64,000 bases of DNA from Candidatus Eiseniibacteriota bacterium (GTDB lineage: Bacteria > Eisenbacteria > RBG-16-71-46 > JABDJR01): NCBI GenBank assembly GCA_963762255.1, contig CAVXKA010000001.1:800001-864000 (forward strand), in the 5' to 3' direction. The position numbers and the translations under genes were made by a program. Shown here in pieces: positions 55,765 to 64,000 of the stretch. Below the pieces are notes generated by a model that worked only from the letters and a program-made list of their open reading frames with translations, searched no databases and was not told where the DNA came from. The first letter of the stretch is position 1. Each line of letters begins with the position of its first letter.

Positions 55765-56985
55765 ATGGCATCGCTCCCCCTCGCACCCCTCGTCATCTTC
55801 GCCGCGACCTATTTGGGCCTGGCTCTCGGCCGGATCCCCGGACTCGCGGTGGACCGCACCGGCATCGCGCTCCTGGGTGCGGTGGCCATGCTCGCCGCTC
55901 GCACTGTGACCGTCGAAGAAGCCAAGGCCGCGGTGGACGCGCCCACCATGATCCTCCTCTTCGGGATGATGGTGCTCTCCGCTCAGTACCGGCTCGCCGG
56001 CCTCTACGATGCGATCGCGCGGCGGCTGGCGGGCGCGCCGAGCCCTCGGCGCATGCTCGCCGGCGTGATCGTCGCCGCGGCGATGCTGAGCGCGGTGCTC
56101 ACCAACGACGTCGTTTGCTTCGCGCTCACCCCGGTTCTTGTGGTCGGGCTCAAGGGAGCGGGTCTCAACCCGCTGCCGTACCTGCTGGCGCTCGCATGCG
56201 CCACCAACATCGGAAGCGCGGCCACTCCCATAGGCAACCCGCAGAACATCCTCATTTCGCAGAAGATGGGGCTCGCGTTCGGACCGTTCGTTCTGCACTG
56301 CATCGTCCCGGTTCTGCTCTCGCTGGTGGCGCTCTATTTGATGATCGTGCGGTCGGTGCCGAAGGTCATGCCCGCGCGCACTCTCGCGACCGAATCGTTC
56401 GAAACGCAACCGCTCCAGCGCGGCCAGGCTGCCAAGGCGATCGCCCTCACCGCGGGTGCAATAGCGCTCTTCCTCACCCCGGTTCCTGCGGCGCTCACCG
56501 CGATGGCGGTGGCCGGCGTGATCCTGGCCAGCCGTCGCATGCACACGCGCACCGTGCTGGGTCTGGTGGACTGGCATCTGCTCGCGCTCTTCGTGGGGCT
56601 GTTCGTGGTGGTGCGAGGACTGGAGGCGTCTGGGTGGGTCGGGGCCGCCGCGCGGCTTCTCGCGGTGTGGGGCGCCGACCTTGCCGTGCCGACGGTATCC
56701 ATCCCCGTAGTGGCGGTGCTCGGCAACCTCGTCGGCAACGTCCCCGCGGTAATGCTGCTCTTGCCGCTCACGCCGCCCGAGCCGATCGCCGGCTACGCGC
56801 TCGCGCTGGCGAGTACCCTCGCCGGCAACGCGGTCATCGTCGGCAGCATCGCCAACATCATCGTCGCGGATCACGCGGAGCGTGAAGGAGTCCGGTTCGG
56901 GTTCCGTGAGCACCTGCGCGTCGGGTTACCTATCACGCTGGTCTCGCTCGCGCTGGCGGTGGGGACCATGGTCTGGTGGAAATGA
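55765..56985 (+). CDS. SLC13/ArsB/CitM-superfamily anion permease (YbiR-like)
   Basis: DRTGIALLGA, LTNDVVC, NIGSAATPIGNPQN, VDW.LL.LF, NVPAV, STLAGN...GSIAN. Confidence 0.9.
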   Translation: MASLPLAPLVIFAATYLGLALGRIPGLAVDRTGIALLGAVAMLAARTVTVEEAKAAVDAPTMILLFGMMVLSAQYRLAGLYDAIARRLAGAPSPRRMLAGVIVAAAMLSAVLTNDVVCFALTPVLVVGLKGAGLNPLPYLLALACATNIGSAATPIGNPQNILISQKMGLAFGPFVLHCIVPVLLSLVALYLMIVRSVPKVMPARTLATESFETQPLQRGQAAKAIALTAGAIALFLTPVPAALTAMAVAGVILASRRMHTRTVLGLVDWHLLALFVGLFVVVRGLEASGWVGAAARLLAVWGADLAVPTVSIPVVAVLGNLVGNVPAVMLLLPLTPPEPIAGYALALASTLAGNAVIVGSIANIIVADHAEREGVRFGFREHLRVGLPITLVSLALAVGTMVWWK

Positions 56986-57154
56986 CGACGCGGCAGCGGG
57001 TTGGCGGCGGAGCTTGAACTGACCCCCGTTCGGGACTACGCTGGGGTCACTTCGGATAGAGCGCTCCTGCCTTGAGCGCGAACGGCAAGGAGGCCAGACC
57101 CCTCGGCTTCCCCCGGCAGGTTCCAGACTAATCGGGCTTGGAAGGGGGCGGATC

Positions 57155-58486
57155 ATGGATCGCGCCCGTGCTTCCATTCTGTTGCTCGCAGTGTTCTTCG
57201 TCCTGGGTGTTCTCGGTGCGTCTCCCGCCGTCGCGTCGGACCGCGTCGATCCGTTGGCATTCCTAAGGCGCGCAAGCGCGTCGGGGATGCTCGATAACCA
57301 ACCCAATGCGCGTCTCGTCGCGCACGTCGTCCCCGCCGCCGCCGGTCTCGACAGCGCCGCGGCGTGCGGCCATCTGACCCCGATCGATTGCCGTTGGGGC
57401 GAGAAGACCTTCGTCACCGAAGCGCCGCTCTCCTCCGCGGAGACGCCCAACTTCTGGGTCTATCTGATCGTCACGAACTACGACACCCAATTGGGCATCG
57501 CCGGCGTCCAGTACGGAATCGAGTTCGATGGCCGGAGTCTTCAGGGAGTGGACGTCCTCGACTACACCTCGTGCAGCCATCTCGATTTCCGATCCGACAA
57601 TTTCCCCACCGACGCGGGGAGTTGGAACACCCAGGTCTGGGTGCCGGACTGGGCCAATGATCCGCGCTATCCGTGCGAGCACTCGGGATTCACGGTGGTG
57701 GGGTGCTTCACGGTGTCGGCCGCGAGCCCCGATCTGTTTGAGGTCTTGCCCCGGCAGGTGGATCGCGCGCTCAAGGTCGCCGACTGCGTACACGGCGCGG
57801 AGACGACGCTTTCCGCGGACGCCGCCGGCGCGATCGCGTTCGGCGGTGCGCTCGGCCGCGATCCGTGCTCCGGTCAGCCGGCCGAACCCGGCTCGCCCGT
57901 CCTGGATCCGCTGCCGCTCCTGATGGGTCACGCCGTGCCGATGGAGGACACTCCCGACATGAGCTGTGGCATGCCCCCCGAATTCCCCTGCGTCCAGGGT
58001 GAATCGCATGCCGGGACTCGAATCTCCCTGACAGGGGGAGCGACGACCTACGCATACGTCTACGTGTTCACGTCCTCTCTGCCGGACGACCTGCGCGCGG
58101 GGCGCGTGGGGTTCTACCCCATGACGACCGGAGGAGTGCGCATCGAGAGCTGGCTACCCTGCGCCGATTCCGAGATGACCCTTGCGGGGCCCGTGGTGTC
58201 CTACTGGAACACCGATGTCTGCCATGCAGGCGAGCGACGGCTGGCAGGGATTCTCTCGGTGAGCGCGACCGGCCCGGGAGAGGTGCGACTCGAACGCGTC
58301 TGGATCCAGGTCACGCGCTGCGACGGATCCCGATATGGCGAGTATGGCCCTCCCGCGTTCTCCGTCGGCTTCGGAGACGTCGAAGGCTCCGACCCCTGCG
58401 TCGAGCACGGCGTCGTCGCGCTGACTCCCAGCCGGGCCACGCAGCCCGCGACGTGGGGGCGAATCAAGACCATGTTCGGGAGCTAG
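57155..58486 (+). CDS. Secreted Cys-containing protein with duplicated domain and C-terminal PATWGRIKTMF tail
   Basis: Signal peptide and two H.VP...C...C...VY...FG...G.DPC units. Confidence 0.8.
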   Translation: MDRARASILLLAVFFVLGVLGASPAVASDRVDPLAFLRRASASGMLDNQPNARLVAHVVPAAAGLDSAAACGHLTPIDCRWGEKTFVTEAPLSSAETPNFWVYLIVTNYDTQLGIAGVQYGIEFDGRSLQGVDVLDYTSCSHLDFRSDNFPTDAGSWNTQVWVPDWANDPRYPCEHSGFTVVGCFTVSAASPDLFEVLPRQVDRALKVADCVHGAETTLSADAAGAIAFGGALGRDPCSGQPAEPGSPVLDPLPLLMGHAVPMEDTPDMSCGMPPEFPCVQGESHAGTRISLTGGATTYAYVYVFTSSLPDDLRAGRVGFYPMTTGGVRIESWLPCADSEMTLAGPVVSYWNTDVCHAGERRLAGILSVSATGPGEVRLERVWIQVTRCDGSRYGEYGPPAFSVGFGDVEGSDPCVEHGVVALTPSRATQPATWGRIKTMFGS

Positions 58487-58529
58487 GCTGCGGCCAGCCA
58501 CCGGACCAAGGGCCAAGAAGGAAAAAGAA

Positions 58530-58564
58530 AGCGGGCGGACGTGTCTCGCAACGCCCGCCCGCTC
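58530..58564. terminator. Intrinsic terminator between convergent genes
   Basis: AGCGGGCGGACG-loop-CGCCCGCCCGCT with an A-rich left flank, giving a U-tract on the minus strand. Confidence 0.65.
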
Positions 58565-58668
58565 TCAGGGGATGTTCGATGCCTTGCAGCGTCCGCGCCT
58601 TCGCCAGTGGGGACTCCGGCGCCGACCGGTCGGTCTAGCCAGGCTTTACAGGAACGCCCCCCTTTTCA

Positions 58669-59889
58669 CTAGTTCCCGCCAGTGCCTGTGCCGTCACAGA
58701 TCCCGTCGCGATCGCGGTCCTGAATCGGATTGCGGAGCCGGATCTTGTCCTGGTCCTTATCCTGGTCCGGAACTCCGGTGCTGTCGCAAGTTCCGTCCTG
58801 GAGTTTGATCTGATCCCGGGTCCGGTCACCGGCCATGGAGAAGGTCATGGTGCTGTCGCAGCTTCCGTCGCGGAGCCGAGACTGGTCCCCGGACTGATCA
58901 CCGTTGCCGTCCCCATTGCGGGACTCGATTTGCTTCATGACCTGATCGCCGCCGAGGGTGGTCAGGCAGCTTCCGTCGCGATCGCGGTCCTGGATCGGAT
59001 CGCGGAGCCGGATCTTGTCCTGGTCCTTATCCTGGTCCGGAACTCCGGTGCTGTCGCAGCTTCCGTCGCGAAGCTTGATCTGGTCCCGGGTCCCGTTTGC
59101 GGATGTGGTGCCGGTTTCGACTGCGTTGTCGCCGTGCCCGCGGCCATGTCGCATGTCACCGCTGTAGCCCTGGCCGTGGCCGCGCGCGCCGTGCATCACC
59201 GGCTTCAGGATGAACACCTTGCTGCCGGGAGGCGTCTCAACCACCGACCTCGCCAGATCGAACCGGATCATGATCTCGGTCACCTGACCGTCGGCGACGG
59301 TGAACCGCACACCGACCTTCAGGTACTCGTTGTCTCCGGGGAGTCCAACCGGGTACGTCTCGCCGTCCTCGGTCACCACCCACGCCTCGACGATTCGCAC
59401 CGACAGGTGCGAGTAGTCGCCCGCGGGCAGATCGAGCGTCCCCAGCAGCAACGCCAAGGAGGTGTCGAGGTCGGCCGCGTTCAGCGTCAGCGGGTCCACG
59501 AGGAATTCGATCGGGACGCACGTGCTGTCACCGACTCCTTCGCCATCTCCCTGGTGCATCGAACTGTCTTCAGAGACGGGATACACGCGGATCGAGTCGA
59601 AGGTGACGAAGAGATCGGCGAGCGGGGTGCGCTTCTTGGAACCGGAGTTCCCGTTCCCCGCGGTTGCCGTCACGCCCTCAACGTCGTCGTTGAGCGTGCC
59701 GATGGCCTGTATAGAGACCGCGAGCATGCCCAATCCGGTCCCTGCCGCCGGCGGGTTGAAGTCGTCAATCGAAACCGATCCGGGAGCGGCGGGATTTCCG
59801 TCCGAACCGCACCCCCAAATCGCGAGAACCAACGCCAGGGCCGTGATGACCGGCGCCAAGCGTTTCAGATACACGATACGTTGCTTCAT
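58669..59889 (-). CDS. DUF4382-domain lipoprotein with repetitive D/R/Q-rich C-terminal tail
   Basis: Lipobox AIWGC. LPAGDYSHL, FDLARSV and FILKPV (DUF4382). LRDGSCD repeats. Confidence 0.82.
   Translation of the reverse strand: MKQRIVYLKRLAPVITALALVLAIWGCGSDGNPAAPGSVSIDDFNPPAAGTGLGMLAVSIQAIGTLNDDVEGVTATAGNGNSGSKKRTPLADLFVTFDSIRVYPVSEDSSMHQGDGEGVGDSTCVPIEFLVDPLTLNAADLDTSLALLLGTLDLPAGDYSHLSVRIVEAWVVTEDGETYPVGLPGDNEYLKVGVRFTVADGQVTEIMIRFDLARSVVETPPGSKVFILKPVMHGARGHGQGYSGDMRHGRGHGDNAVETGTTSANGTRDQIKLRDGSCDSTGVPDQDKDQDKIRLRDPIQDRDRDGSCLTTLGGDQVMKQIESRNGDGNGDQSGDQSRLRDGSCDSTMTFSMAGDRTRDQIKLQDGTCDSTGVPDQDKDQDKIRLRNPIQDRDRDGICDGTGTGGN
58703..59093. repeat. Two ~121-bp intragenic direct repeats (58703-58823 and 58973-59093)
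   Basis: Near-identical copies 270 bp apart encoding GTRDQIKLxDGxCDSTGVPDQDKDQDKIRLRxPIQDRDRDG (first residue varies). Confidence 0.9.
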
Positions 59890-59967
59890 CCGAGTAACTC
59901 CTCTTTGCCCAGGGGATTGTTCGACCCGCCCCGCGCCATTGGCGTTTCTTACTTGGGACACCCGTGA

Positions 59968-59993
59968 GACGGCTTGACCTATGATCGGTTACA
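59968..59993 (-). promoter_or_regulatory. ECF-type promoter for the DUF4382 lipoprotein
   Basis: Minus strand TGTAAC-CGATCATAGGTCAAGC-CGTC (N16). Confidence 0.75.
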
Positions 59994-60028
59994 GGGGGGA
60001 AACCTTTCGCTCTTGGTCGGGTTTCTTC

Positions 60029-60054
60029 TGTAACTCGGGGGATCGGGCGTCGTC
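60029..60054 (+). promoter_or_regulatory. ECF-type autoregulatory promoter of the sigma operon
   Basis: TGTAAC-TCGGGGGATCGGGCGT-CGTC (N16). Confidence 0.75.
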
Positions 60055-60130
60055 GAATCGGGTGAAAAGAACCGGCGGCTCGGGAACTCCGTCCCCCCTC
60101 CCGTTCCGAACCGCGCACTGCGCGCATGGG

Positions 60131-60730
60131 GTGGTCTTGAGCGATCGTAGCCGTCTAGACCCCGCTGAGGAGTCCGATCTTCTCCGGCGGTCGCAGCAGG
60201 GCGACACCGAGGCTTTTGGCCGACTGGTTCGGGCTCATCAGGATTCGATTTACGGGCTCGTGGTCCGCATGGTGCGTGACCCGGGTCTTGCCGAGGAGCT
60301 GACACAGGACAGTTTCCTCAAAGCGTACCGGGCGCTGGATTCGTTCCGGGGCGCTTCGCGGTTCTCGACCTGGCTCTACCGCATCGCGGTCAACGCGTGT
60401 CACGACCATCGGGAAAGCTCGGCGGCGCGGCGCCGGAGTCAGGAGACGAGCCTCGATCGCCTCGAACATCACGACATGGATCCGGCGGCACCGACCGCGC
60501 GGCCCGACCAGGCGGTCGAGTTCAACGAGATGGCGGGACATTTCGACGCGGGGCTCGCGACGCTGGAGCCCACTCACCGAGAGGCGTTCGTGCTCCGCCA
60601 CCAGGAAGGTCTTGAGTACAGCGAGATCGCCGAGGCGCTCGGCATCTCCGCCGGAAACGCAAAGGTGCGGGTGCACCGGGCACGCGAGGCGATCCTCGCC
60701 ACGCTGCGCACCCGCGGTTACGAGGTCTGA
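60131..60730 (+). CDS. ECF RNA polymerase sigma factor
   Basis: GDTEAFGRLV, AEELTQDSFLKAY, FSTWLYRIAVN, EGLEYSEIAEAL, KVRVHRAR. Start approximate. Confidence 0.93.
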   Translation: MVLSDRSRLDPAEESDLLRRSQQGDTEAFGRLVRAHQDSIYGLVVRMVRDPGLAEELTQDSFLKAYRALDSFRGASRFSTWLYRIAVNACHDHRESSAARRRSQETSLDRLEHHDMDPAAPTARPDQAVEFNEMAGHFDAGLATLEPTHREAFVLRHQEGLEYSEIAEALGISAGNAKVRVHRAREAILATLRTRGYEV

Positions 60731-60733
60731 ACG

Positions 60734-61427
60734 ATGACGAACGATCGTGAAACCCGAGACATCGACCCTCGGATTCACGCCTATCTGGACGGGGAACTGT
60801 CCCCTTCGGAAGCTGCTGCCTTCGAAGAGGACCTGCGATCTGGGAAGATCTCCGGCAGGCAGTTGGATGCCCTCCAACGGATCGACATCTGGTGCCGGGC
60901 TACCTCCTCGCGGGCCCCGTCCTCTCTTGCTCGGGACGTGGGTCGCGCGCTTCGGGACCAGCGCGCGTCCGCGCCCCGGGCGTCCTCCTCCCGCGTGCCT
61001 TCTTGGCTCAACCCCGCAGGTTGGAACGTTGGGTGGACCGGTGGGTCGCGCCGGTATTGGATTCCTGCTGCGGCGGCGCTGGCGGTGCTGGCCCTGTGGT
61101 TGGTCGTTCCTCGTCACGACTCCACTGAATCTGGCCAATCTCCCCACCGAAGAAGCGATAGCCTCCCCGAATACGGTACGCTATGAGTTCCGGTTCGAGG
61201 CTGGATCCGCAGCCGAGGTGTGCCTTGCCGGCGACTTCAATAGCTGGAAGGTTTGCGATGCGCGGCTGAGCCGCGTCGGGGAGGATGTCTGGTCCGTTTC
61301 GCTGGAGCTCCCACCCGGGCGCTACGAGTATATGTTCGTCGTCGATGGCCGCTGGGTGACCGATCCCCACGCCATGGGCTTCCACGACGACGGATTCGGG
61401 AACCAGAACGCCATCCTCGTCCTCTGA
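60734..61427 (+). pseudogene. Anti-sigma factor with TM helix and C-terminal CBM48/AMPK-type glycogen-binding domain, split by a +1 frameshift near 61142-61145
   Basis: The first frame has IHAYLDGELS and TM AAAALAVLALWLVV and stops at 61186. The +1 frame has VCLAGDFNSW...WSVSLELPPGRYEYMFVVDGRWVTDP...DDGFG. Confidence 0.8.
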
Positions 61428-62710
61428 TCCTTTCGGCTTTCGCCGCAATCCTCCTGCTCGCGCTCGCGCTCTCTTCGTGCCCCGTGTTCGCGGTGTCTCC
61501 CCAATGGACCATGGGCCTCACCCTGGGTCACGACGATCAGGTGCTGGCGAGCCCCGATCTCGGGGTAGTGCGCCCGGTCTCGGAGGGGTTTCTCACCGGA
61601 TCGTCGCGCCTGTTGTTGCGTTGGACCGACGCTGCGTTGAGCCGGCGTCTGGATCTCGACGGCTCCGCCGCCGCGACCGGATACGGCTCGCAGGTGGAAG
61701 GCGGGGACACCGATCTTCGCCTCGGGGGGGCTTACCGCCAGCGACTTTCTGCACGGTGGGCGATGGATATGTCGGGCGGTGTGTGGCGATCCCGCCGAGG
61801 CGCCGCCGGATCCGTGCTCGATCTCGACCTTGCCCGCGCGGGCGCGCGCGTTGCGTGGACACCGGGTGATCGTTGGGTGCTGACCACGGGAATCCTGCCG
61901 GCCTGGTTGGGATTCCCCGAGCGCCTCGTGTTCCCCGATTCGACCGAGAGCGAATGGCAGCGTCAGCTCGATGTCTCGGCAGGCGGGCTCTACCGCTTTG
62001 ACGGCGACCGCTACGTCGGCGCCGAGTTCATTCATCGGCGGACGACTTCGAATCAGGACCGATCCGAGTACACCGGACCGCTCTTCGTACTCCGAGCAGG
62101 GGCCCCGCTCGCCTGGGGTCTCGCATTGACCGCCTACGGCAGCTACGCGCACCGCGCCTACGACGTCGCGCCTGTGCTGGCCGCGACCGACGCCGGCGCT
62201 TACGACACGCTCGGAGTGCGTCGCGACGACGGCTGGCTCGTGAGCGCATCGATCGAGCGGCGAGTCGGCAGTCGCGCGCACGTCTTCCTCGACGGGTCCT
62301 ACCTGCACCAGGCCTCGAACGACGCGTACTACGCGTTCGATCAGGCTCGGATTGCGGTGGGGATCTCGGTGGATCTCGCCGCGCCGTCACGGGCGCGGCA
62401 GGGCGGTCCCGAGCTTCAGCGGGCAGGCCCCATGGCGCCGCTCATCACCGCGCAAGGGGTCCGATTCCGCTACCGCGCGCCTCAAGCCCGAGCGGTCGCC
62501 CTGGTGGGTGGATTCAATGCGTGGGACGCCGAGCGCTCGCCCCTGGCCGGGCCCGACAAGAACGGGGTGTGGGAGACTGTGGTGCCCGTAGTCGCCGGCG
62601 TGTGGCGATATGCATTCCTGGTGGATGGGGAGTGGGTGAGCCCCCCCGATGCCCCCCGCTACGAGGACGATGGATTCGGGGGGCGCAACGGTGTCATCCA
62701 TGTGCGATAG
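61424..62710 (+). CDS. Putative outer-membrane beta-barrel protein with C-terminal CBM48/AMPK-type domain
   Basis: Signal-like N-terminus (start uncertain, CTG) and alternating beta strands ending SNDAYYAFDQARIAVGISV. VALVGGFNAW...GVWRYAFLVDGEWVSPP...DDGFGG. Confidence 0.78.
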   Translation: MILSAFAAILLLALALSSCPVFAVSPQWTMGLTLGHDDQVLASPDLGVVRPVSEGFLTGSSRLLLRWTDAALSRRLDLDGSAAATGYGSQVEGGDTDLRLGGAYRQRLSARWAMDMSGGVWRSRRGAAGSVLDLDLARAGARVAWTPGDRWVLTTGILPAWLGFPERLVFPDSTESEWQRQLDVSAGGLYRFDGDRYVGAEFIHRRTTSNQDRSEYTGPLFVLRAGAPLAWGLALTAYGSYAHRAYDVAPVLAATDAGAYDTLGVRRDDGWLVSASIERRVGSRAHVFLDGSYLHQASNDAYYAFDQARIAVGISVDLAAPSRARQGGPELQRAGPMAPLITAQGVRFRYRAPQARAVALVGGFNAWDAERSPLAGPDKNGVWETVVPVVAGVWRYAFLVDGEWVSPPDAPRYEDDGFGGRNGVIHVR

Positions 62711-62723
62711 AACGGGTTGGCCC

Positions 62724-62749
62724 TGTAACGCGAGGCGGCTCGAGCCGTC
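62724..62749 (+). promoter_or_regulatory. ECF-type promoter for the 62830 gene
   Basis: TGTAAC-GCGAGGCGGCTCGAGC-CGTC (N16). Confidence 0.75.
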
Positions 62750-62829
62750 GAAGTGGTTGAGTCCAAGAGCACGCGGGAGGGGCACCCGGTCTGGGGACTT
62801 TTGCACAAGTCACACAAGGATAGGGTGTT

Positions 62830-63825
62830 ATGAGAGCTAAACCAAATGCGCGCGGAGCGGTGGGGATGGCCTTCCTGCTGTGCGCCTTGACGGCGGGGCT
62901 GCCCGTTTCGGCTGCTGCTGCTGAAGCCGCGCCAGCCCCGGCCCTTTCCGAGGCCCTGACCGCCTATGCGACGTCGCCGCTCTCCGGCGAGCTCGCCCAA
63001 CGCGCGGGGTCGGCGGTGCGCCTCGGTGCGGACCCCGCGGCATTGGCCGAGTTCATCGCCGGCGCAGGCTCTCAGGCCGTGCCGGATCGCGATGTCCTGG
63101 CCGCGCTCACCCGCGCCGAACACCTGGCCGGCGCTCGTCTTCCCGTTGGCCCGGTCTTGAGCCGCTACATGCAGGGGCTGGCCAAGGGGATTCCCTTCAC
63201 GCGCATCGAGACCGTGGTGGACGGACTCCAGGCGTGGCTTGTGGATTCGGCGCGGCGCATCGATGCGGCCCTCCCCGCAGCGGCTGGTCGTGAGGAGGAG
63301 CGCGCCCGGCTCACCGCCATCGATCACGGCGCGTATGCCCTGAGCGTGGGCGTCCCCGAGGCGGCGCTGGATCGCTCGATCCAGCTTGCGGCGAAGGAGT
63401 CTCACCCGGTGGAGGCGGCGCAAGCCCCGGTACTTGCGCTTGGCGTGCTGGTGGCGTCCGGAGCGAATCCCGAGAAATCCTGGGAAATTGTGAACGCGGC
63501 GTGGAGGAGCGGCTACCGGGGCGAGGATCTGGAGCGACTGGGGAAGGCGCTCGGCAGGTTGAGCCGCGACGGGCAGGGCCCGCCCACGGAGGTGATCGAC
63601 CAGGTGCTGACCCAGATCAGCGGCAACGCGGGCCGCGACCGGGTTTTCGAGGGGCTCGACGCCCTTTGCGGTGACGGAGGCGGGCGAAGCACCGGCGCCA
63701 GCCCCGGTGCAGGCAAGGGCCAGGATCCCGCTCGCGACCGGCCGGACAATGACCGGGGACAGGGCGACCAGGGAGGCCACGGCGGCCACGGCGGCGGCCG
63801 TTCATCCCAGTCCCAGACCTTCTAG
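62830..63825 (+). CDS. Secreted helical hypothetical protein with Gly-rich C-terminal tail
   Basis: Signal peptide ...GLPVSA, QGLAKG motif, GGHGGHGGG tail. Confidence 0.75.
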   Translation: MRAKPNARGAVGMAFLLCALTAGLPVSAAAAEAAPAPALSEALTAYATSPLSGELAQRAGSAVRLGADPAALAEFIAGAGSQAVPDRDVLAALTRAEHLAGARLPVGPVLSRYMQGLAKGIPFTRIETVVDGLQAWLVDSARRIDAALPAAAGREEERARLTAIDHGAYALSVGVPEAALDRSIQLAAKESHPVEAAQAPVLALGVLVASGANPEKSWEIVNAAWRSGYRGEDLERLGKALGRLSRDGQGPPTEVIDQVLTQISGNAGRDRVFEGLDALCGDGGGRSTGASPGAGKGQDPARDRPDNDRGQGDQGGHGGHGGGRSSQSQTF

Positions 63826-64000
63826 GGCGCCCACCCTCCGGTGAGGGCGCTTCCCGATCCGGGCGCCGCTTGCCGGTCCGGGCGATCCGCGCAATTTCTG
63901 ACGAAGCGCCCCGAAACCTGGGGCGCTTCCCTTTTCTCCCCGCTCCGACGCTGCTAGAATAGCGGCCCGTTTGCCCCGTACCCATTCCGCATCCCCACAC

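Noticed and set aside
58703-59093. Direct repeats as a CRISPR array or DGR template/variable repeat pair
   Set aside because: Both copies are in frame within one CDS, the differences are not adenine-specific, and no reverse transcriptase or cas gene is in the window.
1-64000. tRNA, rRNA, IS transposases, prophage genes
   Set aside because: None recognised by eye. tRNAscan-SE, Infernal and ISEScan would be needed to exclude small or degenerate elements.

Overview
High-GC bacterial window. The secreted proteins with FlgD-Ig C-terminal domains and T(W/F)xx(I/L)K C-terminal tails suggest a Candidatus Eisenbacteria/Krumholzibacteriota-like FCB-associated lineage (inference). 1-32.6 kb is mostly housekeeping and envelope genes: TonB-dependent receptor end, tdk, MprF-like, wecB, hflKC, maeB, PliI, GGDEF, radical SAM, POT transporter, ndh and several GT-C glycosyltransferases. 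32.9-42.2 kb is an integron cassette array with six complete attC sites, one split attC and a candidate attI/promoter, but no integrase in the window. Its first four cassettes encode a fungal-type HET-domain protein, an HNH nuclease, a TIR-STAND-helical repeat protein and a TIR-RyR protein, all candidate anti-phage genes. 42-52 kb holds secreted proteins, a partly decayed toxin-antitoxin cluster and traces of an opposite-strand cassette. At 51.9-55.7 kb a DUF2723/TMEM260-like transferase lies directly upstream of a 5xIPT/TIG secreted protein. 58.7-63.8 kb is an ECF sigma / anti-sigma-CBM48 / beta-barrel-CBM48 locus with three copies of a TGTAAC-N16-CGTC promoter motif, a candidate undescribed alpha-glucan-sensing system. 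All domain calls are by-eye motif recognition; no database searches were run. No rRNA, tRNA or CRISPR array was recognised.
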